A stretch of DNA of 64,000 nt, taken from assembly GCA_964016885.1 (NCBI GenBank), contig OZ024742.1, positions 94,736,001 to 94,800,000 on the forward strand. The letters run 5' to 3'. The notes under the pieces are model-generated. The model was not told the DNA's origin. It searched no databases and saw only the letters and a program-made list of their open reading frames with translations. Numbering within the stretch: the stretch's first letter is position 1; each line of letters begins with the position of its first letter. This document shows, piece by piece, positions 13,500 through 27,037 of this stretch. A program made the translations under genes and the position numbers. The DNA is from Eledone cirrhosa. Taxonomy: Eukaryota.

Positions 13500-15390
13500 T
13501 GCCACCACTTTAACCTAATCCACTCTAGGTGGTGGAGGCATGCGTCGAACGACCAAGAGACCCGCTTGGTGAAACGACTATGTGATAATAGGTCAGCCTT
13601 CGATCTTTCATTCTGCACCAACTTCAGCACGCACGAGAGGAGCTAACTTGTCTCCACCTATCCCCCTTCTCTCCACCGTACGTTCCAAACGGAATTAACC
13701 CTGCCAACCCCACCGCTCCTACAACGGTTAGCCCACCCCCCAGGACCACCTAATCTCCGTTATAGTCCCACCTTTAGAACTAATGCTGCTTACCCTGCTT
13801 CTTTTACTTGTTCACTTTCTCGCTTGAATTCCAACGCTGGCCTTCTACCGTCGATCGCTGCAAGCTCACCATCTGATTGTGCTCTCTCTCTGCCCGCACC
13901 AGCCGGTACCTAAAGATAATTAAATGTCACCTGTGCCACCAAGACTACCACAAGCGAGGTGTCGGCATAATCAAGGCTCAGGCCGAAAGGCTTCAATACG
14001 GGACCTGTAATCAGTGCCACTTTAGCTCCGACGTATACCTTGTAGACGACCAGCTCACTACCGAGGACTTTACCCCAGCCCTCCAGGTTTTACCCAAATT
14101 GAAGCTCGTCAATTGGATCCCCAAGGGAGCTCGGAATAGCTTTGCATGTGCTCCCTCCAATCTATTGAAAAACGTTTGTTTATCCAACAATACGTCTGAC
14201 TGACAGAAACTGTTTTTGTTCGCTCTCATCTCTCTTCACGTGCATAATGAGAAATCGGGTTCCCTCACGTCCTCTCTCAAGCGGCAGTTCCAGCTGTTTG
14301 AGTTCACCCTAACCACTTGTCACCTCATTTTGACATCGAGCTCAGTGCCTACCAACAGGAAACTGATAAACCTCAAGAGCGCAGTTAACGCCAAATTGAA
14401 CAAATTTGACATTGAAGGGGCTCGCCGTCTCCTCTCTTCTCTCTCCTCCCTCGCTCCGTGTAACTCTGATTCTCTTGAGCGACTGAAAGAGAAGCACCCA
14501 TCGGCACCCTTGGAATATTTGAGACCGGTCTACACCAATGATAACATCAGAAAGACGATTTCATCCTAACCCACTGGTTCAGGTGTGGGGAATGGACGGT
14601 CTTCGGCTTCAAAACCTCTAGGATGGTATCTCCTTATCAGCCGGTGACACCGGACTCGAGCTCTTGGAGAGTCTGATTCAGTTTGTGAATCAGTTGTTTT
14701 CAGTGAATGTTCTCCCCTATATCCACCCACTGTTCTTCGGGACAAAATTATTCGGTCTCACTAAACCCAACGGAGACCTGTGCCCCATTGTGGTTGGTTG
14801 CACCCTTCACCGTCTGCCTGCAAATATGTGTTTGCTATTGGTCTCTGACTCACTTCTGGGGGAATTGTCTCCCATCCAGCTAGAGGTGAGCACCAAGCTG
14901 CGATGTGGGGCTGTTGCCCACGCTGCCAGAGCCTTTACTAACTTGCCCTCCTTGTTCCCCAAGGTCATCCTCAAACTTGATCTCAAGAATGCTTTCAACT
15001 CTGTCAGCCGCGATTTTACCCCCGGCTCAGTAAGAGAGAAGGTCCCACAACTCTACCACTTTGCTTGGTAGGCTTATCGGGAGCGCTCCGACCTCTCTTT
15101 TGGTGCCAAATCATCACCTCTGCCTCAGGAGTTCAACAGGGTGACCCACTTGGGCCCGCACTGTTTGCACTGGACATTGATGACATCACCAAGATGGGGA
15201 CTGAGTTGGATCTCAACCTCTGGTATCTCAACGACGCTTGTTTCGGGGGACCTCTGGATAAGGTTCATGCCACTTCTAACAAAATGGTTGAGGAGCTCGA
15301 CCGTCAGAATCTCCAGGTCAATAGCTCCAAATGTGAGCTCTGGATCCTCAATCCTCTAGCTTCCCAGATTATTTTGCAGCGTAAAATGGA
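13500..15390 (+). mobile_element. CRE-clade non-LTR retrotransposon, decayed RT, 3' part missing
   Basis: Broken ORFs with KPNGDLCPIVVG, LKLDLKNAFNSV, GVQQGDPLGPALFAL and WYLND (YLDD) motifs; N-terminal CxxC. Confidence 0.8.
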
Positions 15391-15439
15391 ATTTCCTTAA
15401 CCTTGCAAAGATTAAACAAGATAAGTGGTTGTAATTACA

Positions 15440-18400
15440 TTTACGTTAGTACGATCTTTGAGCCTGATAATGAGAAACTAACTTTTTTAAAATAACGGTT
15501 CGGTTTTTATTATAAACAAACGAAGGTCTCCTATTTCGCAGATTTTCAGACAATGCATCTCTCACACTCTCTCGCTTTTTTTTCTTCTGCACAAATAGGA
15601 AATGGTAGCAGCAAATTAGGATTCATATTCCACAATGGTAGATATGAAGAAGATATTATTTTGGAGTGCCACTCACGGTGGTATTCACCATTATTAAAGT
15701 AAAATTTGCTTTGTTTATTGCATTTGAGTTCGTAAATTCCATAGCACGTGCCATTGGCCTTAGCACAATTTTCCCTAAATGGGTCCGCCATTCAGCCTTG
15801 TACAATGAAATTTAAAATGTCACTGAATCTCTTTTCCATGCTTAAATTAAGTTGATTGGGGTGACAGCTGAACTTTTCCACCCTCTCTGCTGTTATATCA
15901 TCTTTAATTGAAGACAATTCTAGAAATTGATGCAACTTCTACATGATATTATTGCAGAAGAGATCAAGTTTGTCAATAGACAAGAAAATGACAGTATTGC
16001 ATCATATTAGTGTTGTACGTGTTCCTTGAAGCTGAAGATTTATCTCATTAAGTTTGGAAACATTTACCAAAAGTATTATGCTTTATTGTTTAAATACATA
16101 AGATTGTCAGAAAACTGACACTCATATAAAGTTAGACAAAACCTGTAAAACATATACATTTTGACAGCCCCCATACTTCAGAGTGTAGAATCAATCCGAT
16201 AGACTACTTGTCAGTGTCTTGGTAAGCATGTCGAAACATTCGATCATTTTCGGGGTTATCTGAGTTTCATTTATAGCGGTGATTATTATACGAGTGTCGA
16301 CGGAAACATTTACAAGCTGATTATGAAGGATTGGTGCTAGAATTCTGAAATCTTGCATGCATTAATTTCAACTCTTCCTATTTATAACTGCATTGTTGCT
16401 TTCCAGGGACTGTTGAACAATAAACCTCATTTGGTCATTTCATGAGAGTATCTAGGTCAGCCTATGAACTTTTCAGTTGACACTCGTGCATAAGTATATA
16501 GGAAGGTTTTTACTCTGCCACACAATGAATGCAGAAACATTTGAAATCTCCACCTTTAAATACGTTACAAAACTGTGATAGTGACCTTCCATTGTTGGTG
16601 TTCTATCAGTAGCGCATACGACAATATTGTTCATAGGTATATCATTTTTAACAAAATATGTTTCCTCAGAGGTGGATATCGATAAACATTTTGTGCATGT
16701 AAATAGATTACAACAAATAACATTTTTTAGGTTGAGTGTTTCCTTTCTTTTTTCACCTTGGCAGAAATCGGATGAAATCAAAATTGGAGAAGCATATGTC
16801 CTGAGAGGTTCACAAAACCCAAACAATTCGTCTGTCCCATCTACATTGTTCTCTTCAAATTACCGTTTATACAACATTAAAAAAGCATTGCTGTTTACAG
16901 TGGTAGACTTGTGCAACTGCAATGAAAATGTCAGTGTTTGGAGGGTAGCAATGAACATTTCGTAAACATTAACCTCAATTTCGTCTAAGCAACGCTTTAC
17001 TGGGTTATCGCTAAGGAAGAGAGGAGGCAATGTATTCATAACCACCATCAACAACACCACCCAAGTTAATCACACCTACACAGCCCGCTCTAAATTCCCC
17101 ACCTACAACTTTGACAACCCATTTCACACACCCACCTCCACCAAACACGAACTCGAAAACAAACTCATTAGATTGAAACACTTTATCTCAAACATTTTGC
17201 ACAAAGACATACACACAATATGCAACCTAACTAGAACACATCTCACCACTCTCAAATACCTAAAATAGAGGAACCTCGTCTACCTCCCCCTCCTTCAACA
17301 GAGAAATGGACTTCTGCGTCATCACCAGGGAGGCGTACAACTTAGCACTCCAACAGCTTGACGATGGTAGCCTCTACTCCAAGGTTACAGGAATCAGCCC
17401 CGCACGGATCGAGGAACATATGAATACCACATGGACCAACATCTGCGACCTGTGGAATCTCCCAAAGAGACTGAAACACAACCTCCTAACGATGAAAAGT
17501 TGGCTACCCGCTTTCTACCACTTCCTCAAAACCCACAAACAAGGACCCTAACCTGAAAATCAGGCTCATTTTATCCAGCGGGGAAGGACCTCTTTATAAG
17601 ATGTCATAGTTCCTGTCCAAGATCCTTAAACCTCTACTGTCCATCTTACCGAGACACGTTAAAAGTTCTGATGAGGCTATAACACGACTACACCAAATTG
17701 AACCTGACGCCCGAATGAATAACAGGTGCGCTATCAGCTTCGATATAGTCTCATTATAAACCTCAATTTCAGCACTTCCGGCTATCAGCATACTAACGGA
17801 ACGAGACCACTCCACCAACTTGCACTGCTTCGGACTAAGCTCCACCGAAATCCACCAACTACTATCTGTTGTCTTCGACAAAGCATACTTTGACTTTCTC
17901 GGCCACACATACCGACAGACCTCGAGACTAACAACGGGTGAGCTGGAAATATCGTAAATGAACAATATGGAACGCAAAGCACTCAACATCTGCAACCCTC
18001 ACGCCACCTTCTTCAGATGATACGTAGATGATATCCTCATCTTCACGTCTTCCCTGGAGACGGCTAATGGGATATATGAAACTTGAACAATACAAACGAA
18101 AATATCAAATTCAGAATGGAACACCACTGACGACGGGTCCCTTGCCCGCCTTGAATTCCGACAAAACATCACGGAATACGGAGAGATTAACACATACGTC
18201 TTCTGCAAGGTGGCCTGCAGGGTCCTGTTCGTAAACTGCAAGTCTACTCTTCCTAACAGTGCTAAGATAGGATGCATTACAAACGAGATTCCATTGATAA
18301 GAAATGTATGCAGTGACCCCGTGCGCGTCAGTCTACCTGATACGTCACGCAGACTGTTGCTTGTCCACCTACTTGGATTACAAGATCGAGTGTGACAAGC

Positions 18401-20142
18401 AAAGATTACATCGGCAGCACCATTCGACCGCTGCACATAGGAATCAAGGAACATAGCATGTCAGCACTAGAGCCTCATCCTTTCGGAAACATATCACCAA
18501 ATCTGGAAACAAGGACAGAAGACTCACTGTCACAGTGCTAGCAAATGAAGGCAACAGTGGGATTCTAAGGATCAAGGAAAAACCTTTGATCAAACGACTG
18601 GAACTGCAAATGAATAACAGTTCCGAAAGGAGTGAAGCACGGTGACTGGTCAAACCCAAACGACGACACACACACAATATCAGACGAGCGAATGAATATC
18701 CATATACATTTCGCCCGCCTGCCGGTATACAAATAAACAGGACAGGTTATGCTGCTGTGATGCCCTGCTACCAATCTTTCGTACACATACTGCATCAACC
18801 CGAGTCACTATTAGAATGGAAGGGGGACATCAATACTCGCGTGTGTGCGTAGACCCTGCCTTATCTGATCCATCACACGCTTTAGTTGTGACTACTAACC
18901 TTGACAATCTTTGAATGACCGCGCCGATGTCGCGTGCGTGCGCCTGATGAGGATTATTCGTTGGATTATTTTAGTTAATCTGACACTAACAACGCATGAT
19001 CCCGTAGATTCCTCTCCCACAAATTTCCGAACTTCCTTCGGACCTCTCTGATTATGGATGAGAAATCCGAAATGCGGGGACTAATAAATCTATTCCAAGG
19101 TAACTTCATCTCTAGTTTTCATTTCATTTTACATTTATTTTCCTATTTACTCCCTTCCTCTTTTATCCCCTTTTTTCCTACAGCCAGCTAATTTTGTTAG
19201 AATGAGATTTATCCATCTGCCGTGTAGTGGCTTCAAAAAACGACCAATGTATTTATCGCTTCAGTTGGGTCCTGATGCATCAATGTTCCGACAATTGTTT
19301 GATAGAAGGTATAACGAACTTTTCTTCTCTGGCATGAGCTTTACCACGCTTTGCAAATAGTTGTGATATTTGATAAGCTGCATTTAACACATCTTCGTCT
19401 CTCATTTAACTTTGTTTTGAAATCGAAGTTATAGAATACTTTTTAAGACTTTCATGCAGATCTAAAATATGTTCAATTGGTTTTTCTTTTTTAATGGATG
19501 TTTTGTAACAAGGTACTCTCGTAATCAACTGGGTTTCATAATTTCGTTTGAAAATGGCTTTGACACAGTAAGCACAATAGAAGTTGTTTATTTGTTATAG
19601 ATTTATTAAAATCGAAATTCACCTATTTGGGCGAATAGCCACGAGCGTGCAATCCTTTTAAAGATCTAAATAACAGCAGATAAAATAATAAAAGAAATCT
19701 TCCACAGTTCTTACTTCGTCTTACAAACTTCAAAAACCACGAATTTCATCAGAATAAGCCTTTAGCTGATAAAACATAAGGAATGTACGTCTTAAAGGAG
19801 AACTAAGCCGAGCAGCCTAGAAATGAAATTCGAAAGAAATAATCAAGGAAAGAATGTTATGCTATTGTGATGGCTACCTTTACAAACTTTTCTATAACTA
19901 CAAAAAAAAAAAAAGAAAAAAAAAGGTGGCTGTCAGAAAAAAGTGAATTTTTTTGGATTCAAGTGCAATTACTTACAGAATCCATGCACGGTTCAACAGT
20001 TATTTAATCATTATACCTCAATAAACAGCGAAACGCTTCATTGCTTATGTAAATCCTTTTAGTACCAGGAAGATCTTTGTCATCCACCAACAATCCCTAA
20101 CCGCCCACTACTGGGCGGTAATGCACAGGTTGGCAAGCATTG
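15440..20142 (-). mobile_element. hAT (Charlie/Buster-like) DNA transposon, pseudogenised transposase, interrupted by a Penelope element
   Basis: Remnant motifs AAYQISQLFAKRGKAH, LSDNPVKRCLDEI, FSLQL, CATDRTPTM and GDLRL; terminus caatgcttgccaacctgtg at 20142 on the minus strand; other terminus not found. Confidence 0.8.
17037..19244 (+). mobile_element. Penelope-like element, decayed RT, with 9-bp duplicated flank
   Basis: PAFYHFLKTHK, SFDIVSL and YVDDILIF motifs; decayed hammerhead-like motif at 19048-19075 followed by AATAAA; caatgtatt at 17028-17036 and 19245-19253. Confidence 0.85.
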
Positions 20143-20318
20143 TACTATACAAAAGACGGTTTAATCAACTCAGTAAATAATTTTAACAATGTAAATACTC
20201 TCTACAAAACATATTTTAATCGTTGTAGTTTATATATTATAGTAATGTCTTACGGAGTAAATAAAAACCGAAGAAAACATTATTTCCCGTCAAATAATAA
20301 AAAATCAAACAATCTAAG

Positions 20319-20486
20319 CAGTGCCAGATTTACCATTGTACTTGCGTGCGCTTAAGCACAGGGCCCCGTTGGCCGGGGAAGGGGGCATCTTCCTGCGCTA
20401 AAAACTTTTTACGATGAATTTTTCAAATGTTTCGGGCCTCATAACTTAGCATACACAGGGCCTCATTTGTCCTAAATCCGGTACTG
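20319..20486. mobile_element. hAT-like MITE
   Basis: Terminal inverted repeats cagtgccagattta / taaatccggtactg. Confidence 0.7.
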
Positions 20487-21464
20487 ACTATAAATAGGAA
20501 ACAAATGACTAGGTGTCTATATTTATATTTGGGGATTGTTCATGACCCTTAAATTGTTGTGTGTATATATTTCAACATTCGCTGTCATCATTGTCGTGGC
20601 GAATTCACTTTCATTTTCAATGTACTAAAATCCAAATATCCTAGATATTTATATAAATAATATTTGTATATTAAACTAGCAGAAATACCACCCTCTTATC
20701 GATGTTTTGCTGATGTAGATATGTGTGTGCTAGCGTGTAACGTAAAGTATCTATTAATTTATAGAAATATATGAAAACAAGTGATGTGGTGTGAACATAT
20801 GAACAAGTCATGTGAACATATTTCATTTTGCAGTATATTCTCAACAAAACAATGGCCTTTAAATAGGCAAAGATTGGATACAAACAAGTAATAAGCAGGG
20901 GCGTGATTGAAATAGCAAGGCACTTTCGTTTTTTTTTAATTGACTCATGGATAGTCCATAACTTTTAATCTAAGAGCGCAGTGTAACGAATCGCGTATAC
21001 TTAAAACGCAAATTTTCTTATTGGCGAGGCAACAATACGAACGTATAGCGACATATTTGATTTTCTGCTTTATTTACTTGAATTTGTAAGTGAAATATCA
21101 ATATTTGCTCAAGCCAGAAAGCCACGTGGACTCGCAAAAAAACAAAGATGTAACCGGTTTTCTGTTTTTTTATGCATCGTTTGGATAATCTTAAATGAAT
21201 TTTCTACATTTATATTTTTTTTTATTTATATCATATTTTTTTTTAAATAGTATTGATCTTTTGTTTATCGTTAAATCTATTAATCTATAATGATCTGTAT
21301 AAATCACATCATTTTTTTCCCTAACAAATATGCTGAAATTACAAACACAACTGGCATAGCTGTCAAAAATCAACACATACACACATATATCTCTATAACA
21401 TAATTACGTAAATATTTCACATAAAAATATAGAATCAAAACGAAGGAAAATATATATTAAATCA

Positions 21465-21700
21465 ACACTATGTCAACTGGTCACATACCACAAAGGGTGC
21501 TGGAGTGTCCCTCTAATACTTTTTGAGGCAATCCAATACATTGGTAGCATTACCGCGGGTGATAGCACAATAAATTCGCAGAAACAGCCAAGCACCCTCG
21601 CGGGCATCTTATGATAATCTCAGTATGGCGAGTAGCCAACGAAGACAAATACTTTGTCGTCAGCGACTCAGCTCCACCAAACGTCTCGAACTCCTCAGTC
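21465..21700 (-). mobile_element. CRE-type LINE 3' stub (end of restriction-like endonuclease domain)
   Basis: FETFGGAESLTTKYLSSLA and, in another frame, ...IIRGNA; 3' UTR shared with 35800-36015. Confidence 0.65.
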
Positions 21701-22642
21701 TGAAAAAAATACATCCATACTATTAAAAATAACGATATATAAAACAAAGAAAAACATAAATATATGAAATATATTTATCTAAAAATTTATCAAAAACACG
21801 TACAAAATAGGAAACCGATATCTAAAAACTGAAGGTAAAATAATAACATTGAGATATTAGATTTTCACATTTTGAACAAATGCTTTCAAGAAATTTAATT
21901 TTGTGTTGAAAATCGTAATTGTTTATCGGATTACTAATATATTTCTTTACACCTGTATATTTCTTTTCTGTTTTTTTTTCCCTTGGATAAATTATTGCTA
22001 TTTAGCATTTACAAATCATTCTCCAGAGTTTATCATAGCATTGAGGTTACAAATATCTGGATGACGATAAAATCCTATTCACTTTGAATAAAAAATCAGA
22101 TATTTGTATATCGGGTGGTAAAATAGTAGAAATCTATTTGCCTCCAATATCTAATATTCCTATTATGCTGTACAATTCGAAGAATATGTGATAATGAGTC
22201 CTCGTTTAAGTCGCTTCATCGACGATAATTATTTTCAGGTCCCTGCAGATTGAGAGTATCGTTATATATATTTTTATTATTAATAAGATAAACACCAAAT
22301 GAGATCAACTCATATGCATAGCAAATAGGAAAATGATTATTGAAAGAAAGGAAAAAACTCGCCACACCCAATCAGGCTACAACAGATGCTGGAGCTTCAT
22401 TTTATTAATATTTTAAGACAGGTTAACACAATCGCAGCATTGCCATAGGTGATTTTGAGGCAAATGCAATAGAATAACATTCTTACCCCCCCCCCCCCCC
22501 CTCACACACACGCGCGAAGTTACTGTAGGTTCACCTGATTCCAGAGTCGTGCTAGATCGATACAGATCGAACCTTGAGCTGATCAGTAGCGAAACACGCA
22601 TCACCTACCAATAAACGTATTGAAGGAGTAACCATTCTTCCT

Positions 22643-23015
22643 TGGATCGGCAGTATCTGTAGAAGGTCTGACCCCATACTTTTCATAGAGTTATGTCCCT
22701 TTACGATCTGAGTTCAAATCCCGCCGAAGTTAACTTTACCTTTCATCCTTACGGGGTCGATAAAATAAAGTACCAGTAATGCACTGGGATAATTACGGGC
22801 CTTGTGCCAAAGGTAGAAACATTATATATATGGATTGGCAGTATCAGTAGAGGGTCGGACGCCATGCTTTCCAGCATAGTTATGTCGCTTTACGATCTGA
22901 GTTCAAATCCCGCCGAGGTTGACTTTGCCTTTCATCCTTACGGGGTCGATAAAATAAAGTACCAGTAATGCACTGGGTAATTGCTGGCCTTGTGCCTGAA
23001 GTAGAAACAATTATA
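22643..23015 (+). mobile_element. Head-to-tail dimer of SINE family A
   Basis: Two units (~22643-22822 and ~22831-23012), each with B-box gagttcaaatcc and cctttcatccttacggggtcgataaa. Confidence 0.9.
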
Positions 23016-23588
23016 TATATATACACAATTAGGAATGTGCAGCAAAGCACTCGATAAAGTTGTAGGCCTTAGAGTAATAACATACTTTTAGAAAACTTGA
23101 CAAATTGAAAATTGCGGCAGGTAAACAATGCCACAAGGTACCAAATCAACGAAAAAACTAATCAGGTTAGACAACTGACCTGGACAAATCGAACGATATT
23201 ATGTAATACCTCTGATAGGTTTCTATGAAATCATCATTCCAACTTACGTAAAATTATACATACTAAAGAACAAGTCAACAGGTTAGAATGTACACAATTT
23301 CTTCAATATACAATCGCTGTTATATATTTTACGGGGAGAGCTATTATGGGACAGTTATGGCCCAATCAGAAAGCATCTGTTATATGTAAATTAGTAAATT
23401 CTAACCTGTTGAATTGTACATCATTATATATATATATATATATATATATAAAGTAGAAGGGATATCTAATTTGTTGGAAATCCAACAAATATACATGTTT
23501 ATAACTGATTCAGAGCACTCGACTGATTTTCTGGAGTAAATATTCAATGATATTAAATAAACGGAAACTATATTTATAAAAACATATT

Positions 23589-23652
23589 TATTCTATTATA
23601 TATGTTTCAAGGGTACCAAAAAAACTTTGGTACGCTTTTATCAGATAAAATA
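23589..23652 (-). ncRNA. Type I hammerhead ribozyme, decayed (G8A and a helix III mutation)
   Basis: TATTTTAT-CTGATAA-[~12-bp hairpin]-GAAAC-ATAT-ATA-ATAGAATA; helix I 8 bp. Confidence 0.6.
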
Positions 23653-24031
23653 CAAAGAGTGTTTTATAAATTTTGACATAGCCAAGGAAAAACATACCTT
23701 ATCAGTTGAATATTCCCTGGGTAGTGAGATTATAGAACGGATATTTCAAACTTATGGATGCATATGCAAATGAATATGTAAATAAGGTTGAGTTATAGGA
23801 TTGAAAAACCGTTATTTTAAACGCTATCGAATGTTATTAATATTCGAAAAACTCAGATTACATTTATTGTATTTATTGAGAAATTAGGTGCAACAGAAAT
23901 GAGAGCTTAAAATATAGTCTAGAATCTAGAGTATATTCAGAGGAGAAATACAATGAGGATGTAGTTTATGGAACACCAAATTGATTTAGAAGTCGACCTT
24001 AAGGAGGAGTGATAACATTAAGTAAAAGAAA

Positions 24032-24406
24032 ATGAACGACACCACATGATTTTGCATTGAAAATGTTGAAAGTAGGTTTATAAGTATGCATTTTTAGTAG
24101 ATTGCTTGTTGCTGTCTCAGTGGACTCGGGGTAGGTATTAGAGACAGTGGAGATCCTGGTCTTGGGTTCAAACCTGGTCGAGAGGTACACGTAATTTTTT
24201 TCAGTTTTATTTTACAACCCATAGAAAAAAACTGAAAAGGTTCACCGGGAAATCTACTCCCGACCAGGATCGAACTCTAGACCAGGATCACCAGTGTCTA
24301 TGATTCCTCCAGCTAGGCCGCCGAGACAGCTACAAAAGTATAATGAAAATTAATAATTATAAACTTACTTTCAAAATCAAAGTTAAAAAGATGTGGTGTC
24401 GTTCAT
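24032..24406. mobile_element. Palindromic MITE-like element with a tRNA-like sequence in each arm
   Basis: Perfect 16-bp outer inverted repeat atgaacgacaccacat; arms complementary along their length; A-box and B-box motifs in both arms. Confidence 0.7.
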
Positions 24407-25176
24407 GGCTTTCTTCGAGCTATTAATCATATTTAGGTTCGATTTGTCAATCTTCTGGCTCTTTGGTAACAACCACATTATTCCTATGTGTTTTTAACTG
24501 TTGAATTAATTTAATTTGATTATTTTAACAAGCAAATAATATATATTTATACACAGTGGTGGACTGGCCAGGTTACTAGGCTGCCCAACGGCAATTGGTC
24601 CCCAGGGGGCCCACGGTAGCATTGCAGGAACCCGCAGTAGCATTGCAGTGCCCACTAAAAATCAGGAAAACAATTAAGCAAAGCATTTGGTCAACCAATT
24701 CCCCTGGAAATCAGTAGAAACCAAAATATATGATAGTGCAAATAGCTGGAATCAGTGGTTGTACATTCTACTAAATCTAAAGTCTGTTTATTCATTCATG
24801 CAAGCAAACATACATAAATAGACTCACACATACAAGCCTATATATATAAAACATGAGAAGAATGAATACTGCGTGGTTGCACATGGGTTACATATGATAA
24901 AAATAGTCCTTCATCAGTGATTTTCCAACCTTCATTGGTATTTCATCGTTTTAAAAATCATATACCTCCAGTTGGTGCGAGCAATAGCTAAATAAAGCTA
25001 TTGGGACAAGTAAATCGCGTAAAGCGAGCGAGAGAAATAAACAAACATAGAAGGATAGCAACGCAAAATAGGAAAAAACAAGCACATGGGAGTCCGATCA
25101 CCTTTAGCTGTGTGGATTTCTTGAGAGAGAGACAACAGACCGTCCGACGCGAGTGAGGTGTGAGCAAGAAAGGACC

Positions 25177-25222
<46 letters not shown>

Positions 25223-25308
25223 TTACACATACACACGAACTACTGACCAAACTATATTTGGTACGAATGGGTTAAAGACATCTGTCAAATCAATTAGTGG
25301 TGAAGGTG

Positions 25309-25378
<70 letters not shown>

Positions 25379-25451
25379 GCTAAAACTATCCATAATGCGA
25401 AGTATTCACAACCTCTAACTGGATTGCCTATAACGATATTTGGTTATCCCT

Positions 25452-25490
<39 letters not shown>

Positions 25491-25640
25491 GTGAGGTTTT
25501 TTTTTTTTGTTTTTTTTTTTTTTACAAAATGAAAAATAACCGAGGTGTCCTACACGAGTGGAAGTATAAAGAAAAAGGGATGAATCGAAAATGCAACTGA
25601 AGTCTTATTTTTTTTTTTAAATATATATATTTATTTGGTT

Positions 25641-25678
25641 CCTTTACCGGTTTCGCAGTTCTTCTGCTTTTCAAAAGG
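25641..25678 (-). ncRNA. Minimal type I hammerhead ribozyme, U3-A8 core variant
   Basis: CCTT-TTGAAAA-GCAG(aagaa)CTGC-GAAACCGGTA-AAGG; palindromic helix III ACCGGT; GUA triplet. Confidence 0.7.
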
Positions 25679-26154
25679 TGAGTTGAGATGGAGGGTCTGT
25701 GGTTTTTCTCACATCTGATTGGTCTCTAAATGTTACTTGTTTTATATGGAAAAAGTGGCTCGAAGGCCAGGTTTTTCGAGAAGTAATTTGATTGGTTTGT
25801 CAATAATTATAATGAATTTCGCGCCAGTTCGCGTTACAATAGTTCTTCAAATAAGAGAGAGGGGGGGGGGTCACAGGTTGTTTTTTCATATATGAGTGTT
25901 TGAATTTCTTTTTACTTGAAAAAATGAGGCTCACGAAGGCTTTTTTTTGGTTGGTTATAAATGAAATTTGGCTGTCACGTGAACAAGTTTTCATTACATT
26001 TTTGCGCCCTTATTTGGAAAACTATTCTGTAGTCTTTATAGTGAATGTTATGTAAAGGAGCCAAATAAATATATACCGGTAAAGGAACCAAATAAATATA
26101 TATATTTAAAAAAAAAATAAGACTTCAGTTGCATTTTCGATTTCATCCCTTTTT

Positions 26155-26199
<45 letters not shown>

Positions 26200-26331
26200 T
26201 AAATTTAGCGAGAATCGCATTTCGGCGGGTAGATATTAGCGAAAGGCAACTTCCATCTTGTCCAGACAAGCGGTCCATGGATATGAAGAAGATACCAGAG
26301 CTATAAACATAAGTTAGAATGCTCATACACG

Positions 26332-26700
<369 letters not shown>

Positions 26701-26757
26701 TATATATAGATGAGATTCTACAGGACTAGAACTGTTTCATTCTTTAGAAATCATCAG

Positions 26758-26806
26758 GATTCCTGATGATTTCTAAAGAATGAAACAGTTCTAGTCCTGT
26801 AGAATC
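26758..26806 (+). ncRNA. Type I hammerhead ribozyme in the right arm of a perfect palindrome
   Basis: GATTC-CTGATGA-tTTC(taaa)GAAt-GAA-ACAG(ttctagtc)CTGT-A-GAATC; helix II is weak. Confidence 0.7.
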
Positions 26807-27037
26807 TCATCTATATTAAAACTTTTATACTCTGCAATGTATTGAGTACCTTACTTACTGTGGTTACCTCCGATTCAACCCGGAATAACGTAAATATATA
26901 TATATATATATTACAGCGTTTATGACCATTCTAACTTATGTTTATAGCTCTGGTATCTTCTTCATATCCATGGACCGCTTGTCTGCACAATATGGAAGTT
27001 GCGTGAGAAAAACCACTGACCCTCCATCTCAACTCTA

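Noticed and set aside
22578-22605. CTGATCA...GAAAC hammerhead-like string
   Set aside because: No G8, no helix II and no helix I pairing
24110-24330. Functional tRNA genes
   Set aside because: D and anticodon arms could not be folded convincingly; SINE heads elsewhere are likewise not tRNA genes
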